Positions 29,658 to 42,803 of a DNA stretch of 64,000 bases are shown piece by piece. Made by a program: the position numbers and the translations under genes. Each line of letters begins with the position of its first letter. Position 1 is the first letter of the stretch. The stretch is from assembly GCF_009914755.1 (NCBI RefSeq), contig NC_060942.1. One strand, written 5' to 3'. This DNA comes from the human T2T-CHM13v2.0 reference genome, Homo sapiens. Below the pieces are notes generated by a model. It ran no database searches, was not told the DNA's origin, and worked only from the letters and a program-made list of their open reading frames with translations.

Positions 29658-30883
29658 CTGAAAAGCAAGAGTGACATTGAATCATCATTGCAGTACAATT
29701 ATATTTTTCCCACAAAATGACTTAAAATTGTAGTATTTATTATTATTTTTCTCAAGTGTAAATACAAGGAAATCATGCTAAATGTTACATTTAAGAAAGT
29801 GCCATAAAACAACATTAGTAGGAGTCATATGAGATAAGGGAGCAAGAGGAAGAGAGAGAGAGCTGTCACCAGCAGGAGCCATTGTGATTCGAGCTACAGA
29901 AATTTCAAAGACACTAAAGAGAAGTGAGTCAGAGCCCCGGCACTTCTAAGATGCTTTTGTGAACTGGAGCTTTCAAATAGTTTATGAGGTAATCACAGCA
30001 ACCTTAAAAAATCTGGTCTAGGAGGGAGAAGGAAACAACACACCAACACTTGGAAGACAGCGGCTGTTCCATCCGTGCAAAGCAAGCTATTTAGTGATGT
30101 TCTTCTCACATTAAATGAGCCAGGAGACCACACACTTAACTATGATTTTAAAATTAATTATGCCTCACCTCATCATAGTACTTAAATTGCATTTAAGTTG
30201 TTTATTCATGCGTCGGACTTGTCAGATGAAAAATGCATTTTTGTCCTGAGGCCAAGCTGCAGTGCCTGATGGTGAACGTGCCCGGTGTGATCCCAAGGCC
30301 CATGGGGAGCCTGAAAAGAGGGTGGCGAGGGGTCTTGCATGCGGTGCGACCCCCACGGTTAGAGCTCCGTCAGTTCTGCAGTGGGTGTCGATTATTTAAA
30401 CGATTACACTAAAAGTAATTTCACCATCATTATACCAGATTTGCATTTTGTTTAAATAAAAATTTTTTAACTGTAAACTTTAAGATGTTAAGGAATGTAA
30501 TGATTAAAAAAAACTTCAAACAGAGTAATTCAAAAATAGATCTCAATCTTTAACTGTAAGTCATCACAGCAGGTCAGTCTACAGAAAAATTCCCCAAAAC
30601 TTAAACAGTGTGGAATTGAATACTTCAGTGTATTCTTCTATATAAGCTTTAAGAAAAGAAATGAGGAAACCCATGGAAAATGATACAAAATGTTAGGTTC
30701 AGAGGAAAATGTCCTATTGACCGACAAAATCCCATAAGTATAGAACCTTCTGAGTAGTTCATAATAGAGATGGGGAAATCTCTTTCTTCGCCTCTCCCCA
30801 AATTCAGGAGAAGATAAATATAGATACAGGTACATTTGCTGATTAAGAAAGATTCTTACAATGTTGAAGTCTGATGATAGCTC

Positions 30884-31054
30884 ACCATCTTTCCCCAGTG
30901 GCAGGTTGGAAGGTGGTACCATCTTTCCCCAGTGGCAGGGTGGAAGATGGCACTATCTTTCTGTGGTGGCGGGGTGGAAGGTTTTACCATCTTTCCCCAG
31001 TGGCAGGGTGGAAGGTGGCACCATCTCTCCCAAGTGGTGGGGTGGAAGGTGGTA
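30884..31054. repeat. 34-bp VNTR, 5 copies
   Basis: accatctttccccagtggcagggtggaaggtgg units. Confidence 0.92.
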
Positions 31055-31185
31055 GCTGATGTCTAAAGTTTGTATCCTAAGGTCCCCCACAGTCTAAAGC
31101 AGTATCTTTTTCAGGCTGTGAAGGTAGGAAAGACTTCATTAATCTGATGACATGAGCAAGCCTCTCTCTCTTCTGAATGTTTTAT

Positions 31186-31295
31186 TGTGGCTCAAATGCT
31201 TTGGCTAAAACCAAGTTCTACTTCTGGATAAGCAAGTTGCACTGTTGATCATATTTGCAGGGGTGTTTCGAAGTTATCAGAAAAGTCTTCGCATC
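31186..31295 (-). pseudogene. Candidate exon resembling the C-terminal half of an FN3 domain: DAKTFLITSKHPCKY...
   Basis: ttttgacttgtctag| acceptor; 't..it.L.P..Y'-like motif. Donor not canonical, so the lower boundary is approximate. Confidence 0.35.
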
Positions 31296-32393
31296 CTAGA
31301 CAAGTCAAAAGTTCACAGATTTGCGCGAGCACAGGTGTGCCTCTGCTGAAGCTGCCCTCTCCCTGTAAGCTGTTTATTCTTTGCACGGGGTACGCATCTC
31401 TACACTGGAAACAGCCAGCCCGGTCATGGGCCCAGACCACAGCATCAAACCACTGTGTTTCTTTTTCCAGTGGATGGAGAACTCTTTGAGGGTAAGGACC
31501 ATGTCTTCTTTATTTAAACTCCCAGAACCTTGACTAGACCCTTCCCAACAGTTGACTCATTGCAAATATTTACTAAACAAGTGAATGAAATGAAAGGCCA
31601 GAGTTCTCATCACTCAGCCATCTTTACAGACCAGATGTCCATTGCCAGAGCAGAAACAAAATGAAAACAGATTTCCATGTCCAAAGCTGCAGACGACAAC
31701 CCCTCTAGCTCTACCACCATCCCACAGAGAGAGCAGTTGGCTGATGGCTTCACCACAAGGGCCACACCCTGCAACACGGTGACCAGCGTCCAGTAGCTCA
31801 GCCTCACCTCGGTAATGAGCACCTCCCCTGAATTAAGGGGATTGTTTCCAACTCCAAACCTTGTTAAGAGAAAGAAATGCATGAGCCAGTTTGACCAACT
31901 CTCACAAGCTATGCCAGGCCAAATCTTTAGGGCAGAGAAAATGTTAGAAAGAGAAATCCATGGAGGAAGAGCATGGCGGAACGAGGTTCTGGTTCAAATC
32001 CCCAGGTCAGTGGGAGGTTCCTCTTCACCTTGTTCCTCCAGCTGCTCCTCCCAGTCTCCAGGAAAAGCTCACATGTCACCCCCACAGGGAAGAGGAGTGG
32101 CTTTCTGTGGCCTGAACCTGCACACAGCAGGGGATTTGTGAGGGTTTAACACAGGAATCACTGTAGGACAGCCACAGGGGTCATGCCAGGGAGACCCAAA
32201 GGATACCATGCCTCAGTGCTTTGAACTCCGCATGGGACATGCTCACCAAAAAATACGGATCTCAGCACATCCAAAAATATTAAAACACTTTTCTTTTTGT
32301 TTTTCCCACCCCGCCCCCCATAAGATGTTGGGCTTGAATGGCTCATGATACAATATTTACAGAAGATAAAATGATAATGATGAGGAAATCTAC

Positions 32394-32668
32394 TTTTTTT
32401 TTTTGAGACGGAGTCTCACTCTGTCACCCAGGCTGGAGTGCAGGGGCGCGAGTTCTGCTTCCTGGGTTCATGCCTTTCTCCTGCCTCAGCCCCCCAAGTA
32501 ACTGGGACTACAAGCACCTGCCACAACACCCGGCTAATTTTTTGTATTTTTAGTAGAGATGGGGTTTCACCGTGTTAGCCAGGATGGTCTCGATCTCCTG
32601 ACCTCATGATCTGCCTGCCTCGGCCTCCCAAAGTGCTGGGATTACAGGCGTGAGCCACCGCACCCAGC
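32394..32668 (-). mobile_element. AluY-like element with a small internal deletion
   Basis: Reverse Alu; target-site duplication tgaggaaat(c/g)tacttt; right arm lacks about 20 nt near 32452. Confidence 0.93.
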
Positions 32669-33856
32669 TGAGGAAATGTACTTTCTAAAAGCTTTCCACT
32701 GGATATACTTGGCCACCAATCAACAGAAAGTCAAAGAATGGGGAACAAGGAGCATAAATATTATGAACAAGATTGTTTGTTTACTTATCTTGGGGTTATG
32801 ATACTGCATCACTAATGTGATGATCTTAACAGGATCTTCAAACGTTCCGTCCTCAAAATCTCCACTCCATGAGGCTGTGCTGTAAGCCAGAGGCCATCAT
32901 CCTCCCTCTTGTCCCATCTGGTCAAGCATCAACAGCTCAGCCTCCCACCGTTGTGCACCCTCACCTCCAGGGTCATCCAGATGGTCAGTAGACATGTTGC
33001 ATGACCTCCTGTTCTGTGTGGGTCACTCAGGGATGCCTCCTATCTTCTTTATGGCAGCGCTGTCTTTTTCAGCTCTGCTTCTGGCCACCCAAAGCCCTCC
33101 ACTCAGACTGGGCAAGCTGCCCAGGGGCACAGAGGCACACACCCACCGTCATGCCCCAGAATCCCGAATGGGTGTCCGCACCAGCTCCACTCTGAACAGA
33201 CAAACACTCCTTACTCTCCTATTAAAGGGCTTGGAATATTATTTCGTACACAAGCAATAAAACATGGCTTCAATAGATTACTCAAGTTTTCAGATGCCAA
33301 GACACAGAAAAAAGGTGGAGGTTTTTAAAATTATTTAAAACATCTTTTGCTGGGCTTATTTTCTTTGCTGTTTATTTGTGTTTATCAATGATATGAAAAG
33401 AAGTCCCAGGAGAGGGGAGGAAATTCTCGTTTACATATCGACTAAACCTGCTGGAGCCTCCTATTCAACCAGCAGTGACCCTGCACCAGGGCTGAAGAGT
33501 CTGTGTGAGAGAGCGAATGTCCAAATGAGCAGGGCGGCCTCTGGGGTGGGGATGGCTCCCCCTCGATGGAAGTCCGCCTTCAGAAACAGAGCCTGATAAC
33601 AATCACTTAAAATGGCCCATTAGCATTTATTAACATATTCTGTAAATGGATCCTTAGGCACATGGGGGTTGGAAGCAGCTTCATCACCTGGAAATGAGCA
33701 CACGTATCATTGACGCTAGGACCACTGACAGCCAAATACGAAGCCTTTCCGGAAAACCAAACACGGTGCCTTAGAGAGACACTGCTGCCAAAACATTTGG
33801 GCTTAGAAACAGCAACAGCACATCACGGCAAGGGTAGCTGAGGCTCCATCACATAC

Positions 33857-34012
33857 CCAGGACCAAGAGGCGTTCTTTGGGAATGCAGCAATTATTCTCG
33901 TGAATGTGCAACATGTCACAGTGTCTGAAGCTGGACAGATTTGTGTCTGTCACTGCTTTCAACTGAGGCTCACTTGGCACAGGTCTGCTGACACACCCAT
34001 CTCGGAGGCAAT
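33857..34012 (-). pseudogene. Candidate exon resembling the N-terminal half of an FN3 domain: (D)CLRDGCVSRPVPSEPQLKAVTDTN...
   Basis: ttgtttttatgtttag| acceptor; TGG|gtatgt donor; 156 nt. Confidence 0.55.
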
Positions 34013-34509
34013 CTAAACATAAAAACAACATGATTTAGATGTGTTCATGCATTTATTACATAGAAACAGAAGATCCCCACATCTAGCCGGGATGGCAACC
34101 ATAAAAGCACTGGAGTTGACCCAAGCCATGGCTCAAACCGCAAAACACTTAGGAGCCAGGTGTCCACAGCATCAGTGGGCGCTTTAAACCCCAGCAAGTT
34201 CAGCACTTTCCCCCTTTCTAACATGACTCAGGCCTTCCCAAGGAGGATGGAGAGGGAGAAACTGAGAAACAAGAGTGTGTCCTAAATAGTCAGAGATAAA
34301 GGTGAGATTATAGCATTCCAGAAGCCACACCTTCTTCTCTTCTGTATAATCCCAAGTCTTCTAGCATGTGAGGGTTACAGGCATCCCAGCAGCACGGCAC
34401 ACGTGGAGGCCTCGGCTCCTGTGGCTCTCCGGAGCTGTCCATGGTTTGGGTTCAGGTGGCTTCATGTCCATCGGCGTCCGTCACGAGTTCCAGCTTGGTC
34501 TACCACCAT

Positions 34510-34785
34510 GTGGCAGAATTCAGGCTCACAGCCCACGTGGGAAGCTGGGTTCTGAGGTCAGGCTCACAGCCCACGTGGGAAGCTGGGTTCTGAGGTCAGG
34601 CTCGCAGCCCACGTGGGAAGCTGGGTTCTGAGGTCAGGCTCGCAGCTCACGTGGGAAGCTGGGTTCTGAGGTCAGGCTCACAGCCCACGTGGGAAGCTGG
34701 GTTCTGAATTCAGGCTCACAGCCCACGTGGGAAGCTGGGTTCTGAGTTCAGGCTCACAGCTCACATGGGGAGCTGTGTTCTGTGT
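34510..34785. repeat. 38-bp VNTR, about 7 copies, containing CACGTG
   Basis: tcaggctcacagcccacgtgggaagctgggttctgagg units at 34520, 34558 and onward. Confidence 0.95.
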
Positions 34786-35086
34786 TGTTGAATTGCCTTG
34801 TGATTCATGAGGCATCATGGGCTCCAGTAAAGCTGGAGCGGGAACAAAGGGAGGCTTTTTGGACAGTTATTTTGTGACTGAAGAGTGGAAACTCAAAAAG
34901 AGAGAATTTGAGCTAAATTCTCCTCCTCTGTGACCCCAAGAAAGAACTCCTCCAATCCCCCACTCCTCAAGCCTGGGCTGCCACCCACACCAGTGCTCAC
35001 CCCAGCAGGCTGGGCTTGTCTCATCTCTGCAGGCTCTCCAGGACGTGCCCTCGGGAGCCAGACATCCTCAAAAGGCTTTCCCAACA

Positions 35087-35303
35087 CCTCAGAGATGGCC
35101 GTGTTGGCAGACCCTCGCCAAGTGAGCCTCGGGTGAAAGCAGTGACAGACACAAATATATATGTCCAGCTTCAGACAGTGTAACACGTTGCAAATTCATG
35201 AGAGTAATCATTGGGTTCCCAAGGAATGCCTCTTGGTCCTGGGTATGTGATGGAGCCTCGGCTACCCTTGCCATGGTGTGCTGTTGCTGTTTCTACACCC
35301 AAA
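35087..35303 (+). repeat. Inverted duplicate of 33796-34008
   Basis: Reverse-complement match, including ccaagtgagcctc, tgaaagcagtgacagacacaaat and gcctcttggtcctgggtatgtgatggagcctc. Confidence 0.95.
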
Positions 35304-37173
35304 CGAATCTTGCTGATAAGTCTCTGGTGCGATCATCTGTAATTCAGGCTACTAGAAATATTAGAGAAAACCCGGGTCATTGGAACGGTTCATCCATGTG
35401 ATGACTGCCCCTTGTGAGACCACGGGGGTGGCCTCCTGGCCCACCGTAGGAGAGTCTACTTCCTAAGTGATGTGAAGCAATGATACACGTGATGTAGGTG
35501 ACACCGGTTCACACAGCAGAGCCCACCGTGCATCTTTGTGCTCCCTCAGAGGCAGCAGCTGAGGCCTGAGACACACAGCGGGAGAAGGAGGGAGCCTGGG
35601 TCGTGTGCAGCCCTAAGTCCAGGGGACGGGGCCGAGGACCAAGGTCCTGCCTCCAGCCACCGCCTGAGCTCTCAGGGCGTGCACAGAGAGGCAGGTTGTG
35701 CTGTTCCAATATCTGCCTCTGCCCCTCAGGACCCTCACAGCCTCAAAAACCCAATCAAGGGATTCTTTTCTTATTTTTCGCTTCTTTGTTTTCAGTTAGC
35801 TTCCTCTGACCACCACAACTCCTGGCATGTTCTGACAAGCACATAAGAGACAAGGGTCGCACTCACACCCACGGACACACACTCGCACACAACACTAAAA
35901 GTGTCTTTGTGTATCTTTCTCTCCTGTGATCACGGCATCTGCTGTCAGTGTCTGCCCTCATAAAGTTTTTAGATCAATATTAGAGTCCAATAAGCATTCA
36001 TGTCACCAATTAATCAACAAGTATCTGTAGACAGTCCGCATACCCTTTGCATTCTACCGGGCACTGTGAGAAACAGCAAAGAATTGTGCTAAATGTTTCC
36101 TGGGCCCGGAGAATTGTCTGCTTGGTGAGAACACCCAGCTAACATCTGTAAACAAGTAAATGCCCACAGATCGCTGGCCTCTGTAGCTCCAGCCCCAGAG
36201 CTGCCGAGAAAGGACCCAGGGCACCAGCGTGTTCGGAGGGTGGCCCTCCTGGAAGAAGCACCTTCAGAGTTAGGCCAGAAGGAATGGGCGTGGGGAGAAC
36301 TTGAGGAGAAGGACCTGCGTGTCATGAGGGAGACGCTGAGCAGGGAGCAGAGGGAGAAACAAAAACAACAGAGGACATGGCACCCATTTGTCTCAGGGAA
36401 AAACAGACGAAATAAAAGCAGCCCAAATGGAGGGATGAGGATGCATTCGGATGGGATCAGTTGGTGTCAAACTCCATTCACTGAGATGTTCTCACCCAGC
36501 ATTCAGGGAAAGCAAACCTCAGTACGTGCAGAGTGACTGCACCAACAGGATTCCAAAAATACTTCACTCCCGCGGCTCTTCCTGCCAAAACCTCGAGAAA
36601 GCTGACCTCCCAGAAATGTTAGTGTTGACCATAATGAGATCAAACTCTGATTGCCCTACAGAGGGGCCCGAAGCCACGAAACATCGGTCTCTCTCTGCAC
36701 GCGCTGCCCGCTGCACCTCCCTCAGACCTCCCCCAGCCCCACCTCGCCTCTCTGTGCAGGAAGCAGGCCCCGTGCTAATCATGATTGATTTACTGTGCTC
36801 TTAGAGGACTGTCTCCATCACCCCTCACACCAGTAAGCTCTAAATGACCTTGCTGAGACCACCGTTCATAGGACAGCCAGCTCCACAGCTCCCCAAGGCA
36901 GAAGGGAGCCCGCAATTGTTAATAGGCTCCACAGAAGTGTAAAGATTGCAATGAAAACGTGTAAAACCAACTCCTAATTAACTCACTTCCTCGAAGACCA
37001 GGATTTACTCCCGGCAAACCCTCACTAATGAGAATTTCAAGAGCTGAGAGAAACCAGATGTACACAATCTCCCGGACAGTGGAGGAAATCCTAGGGTGTA
37101 TGGGATTTGGTATATCTTCAACCTATCATTAGTGCTGAAAGCACTCAGAGCGCTAGTCAATAAGTCATATTAC

Positions 37174-37195
37174 CAAAATCTACGGTGTGGCCATT
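37174..37195 (-). pseudogene. Candidate 22-nt micro-exon NGHTVDF, phase 0-1
   Basis: gattttcctttag| acceptor; TTG|gtaata donor. In phase with both flanking exons. Confidence 0.4.
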
Positions 37196-38167
37196 CTAAA
37201 GGAAAATCAATCATTTTGTCATAAATAGGCTGGTTGGGAGATTGTATTGAGTTTCTTCTCTAATGTTAAGCACGGTGTTCTATGTGGCACTCTTTTAATT
37301 AAAAACAGACAGGCTCTCAAAGCAACATCCATGTTTGCCGGCACCTGATTACATAGTAACATGCACAAATATTCGTGTTTGTTTTAGCATCGTGCTAATT
37401 TATGTTTTATGTTGTACTGATTGTCTGAATCCTACTAGTTAAACAAAAAGTACCATTACATCCTGAAGGATATTAAATTATGAGGTTGGCTACTATTATC
37501 TTCTGTGTCATAATTTAGATAAGGTATATAATTCATTCCACATCTCATATTTATAGCATGCAGTGTGTGTGTCATGCTCTGTGTTCAAACACACCTGCAA
37601 GTAAATTTAAAATACATTTTGACCGCTACCAATTTACCGTGACTGTATCCATTTTTAATAACATTCCCATAGCAGTTATAACAAATGTGATCTTCTGTTT
37701 ACCCTGTGGCTGATATCAGCCATGGGGGGAGATATGAAAAGCCAGATACCGATAGCCAATATCAATATTGTGTTTCAAAAGGATAGATAGATAGATATTC
37801 ATCATTACCTATGTATTTTTAAAGAAAGTTAAACTTGGAGGAGCCTGGGATGAAAAATCAGGACGTGCTGTTTTCCGAGGGTTGTGACGAAAAGTCCAAG
37901 CACGTTTTGTCTCACGTCTTCCCCCATGAAGAAGCCACAAAGCTCAATGGCTGTCCTGGTCCTTGTGGTTTTATGGTGATCTCCTGTGTTTGGTGCTTAG
38001 CTTATGCCAATAAATTATTCACTGAGACCGAGTCTTCATCGACCACCCTTTGTGCTGGTTACAGATTAGGTGTCTTTTGAAGCTGCCACCAGCCTCTTCC
38101 GCAGCCAGGACATGTGGTGGATGCTATGACTTACAGGAGGATTTCCAAAGTGGATACTGTGACTTAC

Positions 38168-38242
38168 AGGAGGATTTCTGCAGTGCATCCTCTTCCAAAC
38201 AAGCGCCGATTCAGGTTCTTTGAGCATCTGGTTCAACCACTT
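38168..38242 (-). pseudogene. Candidate 75-nt exon (KWLNQMLKEPESALVWKRMHCRNPP in phase 0)
   Basis: Branch-like gctaaat plus tttggctttcag| acceptor; CCT|gtaagt donor, duplicated 33 nt downstream. Confidence 0.55.
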
Positions 38243-38961
38243 CTGAAAGCCAAACAGGCAAATCGGATTTAGCTCTGATGAAGCCATGTGTCTGTCCCAT
38301 GGCCATTTTTTAAAATGGAGCACAGAAATAGATGAGCCATCTGGGTGCCCCGCGTTCCCCACACGAATGCCGCCCGTGGTGTCAGGGCCCGGGAACTTGT
38401 TAGGAGGCGTTTTGTCCACACACGCCCAGGTACCGGCTGGATCCCAGGCTCAGGCACGCCACTGCCAGACCCGGGAATCCATCACACGTATTGCCTCCAC
38501 CTAATAAAATGAGGAGACGTACCAATTAAAAGAACATTTAATTGTTTAATGAGGTTCTCCAAGATAGGCAGAAAGATAAGCAAAGGCAAGAAATGTCCAG
38601 ATAAACTAAATGCTACATTTTAAGAACTGCACGGAGACGGGGTTTGCTGCTGTTTTTCAATGAACAGCTCGCACTCAGAGACAATACTCCAGTATCTAAC
38701 AATTTAATTCATTTACAGCTATGTGTAAATTCCACCAAATGAGCTGTGTGGAAGCTAGTTGTTGTTGTTGTTGTTTTTCTATGTCCTTTGTTTGATCTTA
38801 ATAGGCAGCCTATCTCGTGCATTACTAAGGAGCTTGGACTCCAGTCAGGATCTCGAGGGAAGGCAAGGAGCTGTGTTCGTTCCCCCGTAGAGAAATGTCC
38901 AGCCATCCTCCCTCTGCATCCTAAGGACATGGCCCCATCCGTCGGAAAGGTGTGTGGGGGC

Positions 38962-39980
38962 ACGCACACACCACAAACACACACAGACACACACACTAAC
39001 ACCATACACACCACACACACAAATACACACACCACACACAGCACACACACCACAAACACACACAGACACAGACACACACCACACACACTAACACCATACA
39101 CACCACATACACCACACACACACCACACACACCCACATCCCACACACACACCACACACACATCATACAAACACACTCACACACACGACACACACACCACA
39201 CACACCATACAAACACACACCCCACACACACTACACACACACATCACACACACACCCCCACACCCCACACACACCCGCACACCCTCCACACACACAACAT
39301 ACAACATACACACACACCCACACACACACACCCTCACACACAGCACACACACACAGCACACACACACCATACACACACACCCACACACACCACACACACC
39401 ATACAAACACACACCTCCACACACACCACACACACCACACATGCACACCATACACACACCATACAAACACACACCACCACACACACCATACAAACACACA
39501 CACCCCCCACCCCACACATGCACCACACACACCACACAAGCACACCGCACACACCATACAAACACACACACCCCCACACACACCACACACACCATACAAA
39601 CACACACACCCCACACCATACACACACCCCACACACACACCCACACACCACACACATCACACACTCACACCACACACACCACACACGCACACCACACACA
39701 CACCATACAAACACACACACCCCACACACACCCCACACACCATACAAACACACACACACCCACACCCCACACACACCACCCACACCATAAAAACACACAC
39801 ACACAAATCACACATGAATCACACACACCACACACACCAGTCACACACCACACACCACACATACCATACACACCACACACACAGACACACCACACACATC
39901 ACACCACACACACACACCACATACCACACACACACTACAAACACACACCACACACCACGCACACCCGACACACACACACT
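38962..39980. repeat. About 1-kb CA-rich low-complexity tract
   Basis: Irregular (CA)n/CACCA/CACCATACAAA motifs. Confidence 0.97.
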
Positions 39981-40529
39981 CTTTCCTCTCTTCTCTGTAG
40001 GTTAGACACCTGTTCAAAGCTGAAACAAACGCAGTTCAGCAACTTGAAATGTGAAGTGTGGACTTAAAGGCTTAGTCCTTTTTCCTCATATTTGAGGGGC
40101 CCTCACCTGCCAATGCTCCCCAGAATTTCATTTAATGAGGTGCCCCCAGGTCTGCCACATCCCTTCTTCTTTTGAGAAAGTCCTGAGGTCGCTCTGTCCC
40201 TCTAAGAACAGGAGTCAGGGAAACTCCCGGGACACACCGCTCCTGCATGAAGGCGTGCAGTGGGATCCACGTGTGGGTGCAGCTTTGAGAAACGTGACAG
40301 ACAGGAGTGTCCATGTGGAAATTATGAGATCATCGTGAACACACGGGAAAGAACGGACGTAAAGTTCACAGCTTTAATAATTAAATCATTTCCCTCCACC
40401 AATGCCGGTGCTGCATCTATACCGAAAAGAGGCTGAGCCTGTCTGGCTGGAAAATCAGTGCCCAGCTGCGGTTTGGAAGCTGAGCCCACAGCCCAGCCGC
40501 TTACATGCCACGATTACGTTTAGACTCAC

Positions 40530-40570
40530 TTCCTCGGGACCTGGAAACTTAAAGCCGACCTCCAGACAAC
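40530..40570 (-). pseudogene. Candidate 41-nt exon (VVWRSALSFQVPRK in phase 0)
   Basis: tttttccatttgttgttatgctag| acceptor; GAA|gtgagt donor. Confidence 0.5.
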
Positions 40571-41268
40571 CTAGCATAACAACAAATGGAAAAATCAAAG
40601 TGCATTTGGCAGAGTGCGCTTGAAGTATTTTCTATGCACACGTTTATTCGTTGAGTTGTTTAAGCACTGGGGCTTCAGAGTGATTTTTAATGAAGAATCT
40701 GCGTGTTCGTGTCAGGAGGCCAAGGGGTGTCTCCAGAACGGGTGCTGTTCCCGGTGTGTTTGCGGTCTGCGGCTCATCTCATTCTCTTTAGAGACCCCTC
40801 CTTGTTCACTCAGGGAGGGGTTAGTTTATTTAAGCAGCACTCGCATGCCCTGGCTCCATAAGGGAGGATTTGCAGGTATTAATCCGAGCTGGGGGGTGAC
40901 TCCTGCCCAGTTGAGCAAATGAGGTGAGTGGGGTGCGGGCTGGCAGGGCTTCCACGAGGCCTCCTCCCTCGCAGGGGCTGACCCGAGTCCCACTGTTGGA
41001 GCGTGGATTTCTGACAGCGAGGAAAAGTTAACCCAGCTCCCTACCCCGTCTGAATAAAGTTATTACGGCAGATCAAAGTAATTAACAGTAGCTTAGCGCC
41101 ATTGATTCTGTGGACCCGCCTTGAGGTTAGGAGGCCTTTCCTGAGCAACTCACAGCAGTGCTCTGCCCGGCTCGGGAATTCTCTCCCTTGCACGTTTAGA
41201 CAACGCACACGTGTGTGACAAGAAAACGCTCGCGTGCTCTGATGCGCTGTTTAAGTGGACACTCGTAC

Positions 41269-41418
41269 CTTTTCTCTTTTTCATATTTTGCTCCTGTCCG
41301 TATTCCCACTTTACAACTTTTCTCCAGATACAGATTCAGCGATCCATACACCACACTGCTTAGCTCTTGACTGAATTTCATCTGGATCCAAGTCATCTTG
41401 TATACATTATCCATTACA
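41269..41418 (-). pseudogene. Candidate exon, phase 2-2, 150 nt, stop-free: VMDNVYKMTWIQMKFSQELSSVVYGSLNLYLEKSCKVGIRTGAKYEKEK
   Basis: atttag|T acceptor; AAG|gtacga donor. The only open frame is the one in phase with the upstream exon. 'MKFSQELS' is SEA-like. Confidence 0.55.
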
Positions 41419-41779
41419 CTAAATTTACCCCTTTATATGGAGCCCATTTGTTTTCTAAGTGGAATGCTCTCCCAGCTGCAGTGAGTTTCTGAAGCAAAGG
41501 GCCCCATCTGATATCATCATTTTATGTTTCAGGGGCATTCAGATATGAAAGCAGTTTGCCGCATATTAACCTCAATCAGCGTTTTCAGACACATGTACTT
41601 CCTAGACTGGCTTAGTGTCTCAGAGATGACTATGATATGAATAGCAAAGGAATTACCACAAAGCTTTTCTGTTGCAATAATATATACATATTTATAATTT
41701 CATTAAACCATAGATTTAGGAAAGCCTTTAAAAACTCATTCAACTCACTTCTCCACTTGTAAGCTGATGTTTGAAAACA

Positions 41780-41995
41780 CAGAGTAATAGCTTCCATTTA
41801 TTGAGTAAGTGGTAGGAAGGAAACGTGGGATTCAGCACTTTAGGCATGGTTTCTTATACTTAGAATGGCCCTACCAGGTGGCTATGAAGACCCCACTTTA
41901 CAGACGAGAAAACTGAGGCCACGGAGAAAGTGCTGGGCCCACAGCCACAGGCCAGTAGGGCAGACCCAGCATTTAGACTCCGCCTTCAGGCCAGT
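41780..41995 (-). mobile_element. MIR
   Basis: ccccactttacagacgagaaaactgaggccacggaga. Confidence 0.75.
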
Positions 41996-42404
41996 GTCCA
42001 CACATTTAAAGCAAAATGTCTTAGCCTGTGACCTTCCTGTCACGCGCACATATGAGTAGACACATACGACTCCCACTGCGGAAGGACTGCCCCCAATGCC
42101 AAGTGCATATTGATGTGTGTGTATGCACAGTCACATACATAGGCACGTACATGACATTGTATAAAATCATATAAGGAAATGGGTAAAAACAGAGCTGTAG
42201 ACACTCAGGATTTCTCTATTTAATCAGTTTTTACTGAGTTCAGTTAAATATGATGAAGATACAAGTTTTTATGACTTTTTCAGAGATGCATGTATCTGTA
42301 TAGTGCATAGCTGCCTTCTAATACCTTCTAATACCATGTGTAGTAGGCAGCAATAAACCTTGCACCAGACTTTCTATAAGAAAAAGTCTAATCTAACACA
42401 CTAC

Positions 42405-42803
42405 TTTTCTTTTTTTTTATTATTATACTTTAAGTTTTAGGGTACATGTGCACAATGTGCAGTCCAACAATGATAGACTAGATTAAGAAAATGTGGCACA
42501 TATACACCATGGAATACTAAGCAGCCTTAAAAAACGATGAGTTCATGTCCTTTGTAGGGACATGGATGAAGCTGGAAACCATCATTCTCAGCAAACTATC
42601 TCAAGGACAAAAAACCAAACACTGCATGTTCTCACTCATAGGTGGGAATTGAACAATGAGAACACTTGGACACAGGAAGGGGAACATCACACCCCAGGGC
42701 CTGTTGTGGGGTGGGGGGAGGGGGGAGGGATAGCATTAGGAGACATGCCTAATGTTAAATGACGAGTTAATGGGTGCAGCACACCAACATGGCACATGTA
42801 TAC
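42405..42803 (-). mobile_element. Young L1PA 3' fragment with a twin-priming inversion
   Basis: T-tail and L1 terminus on minus (42405-42462), inverted 3' UTR on plus (42463-42803); tacttttctt at both ends. Confidence 0.9.

Noticed and set aside
30638-30922. Possible additional minus-strand exon
   Set aside because: Acceptor-like site present, but no clear donor or motif; the ORF starts inside a VNTR.
38746-40005. 419-aa His/Thr-rich ORF and overlapping Cys/Val ORFs
   Set aside because: Translation of a CA-rich low-complexity tract that lacks stops by composition.
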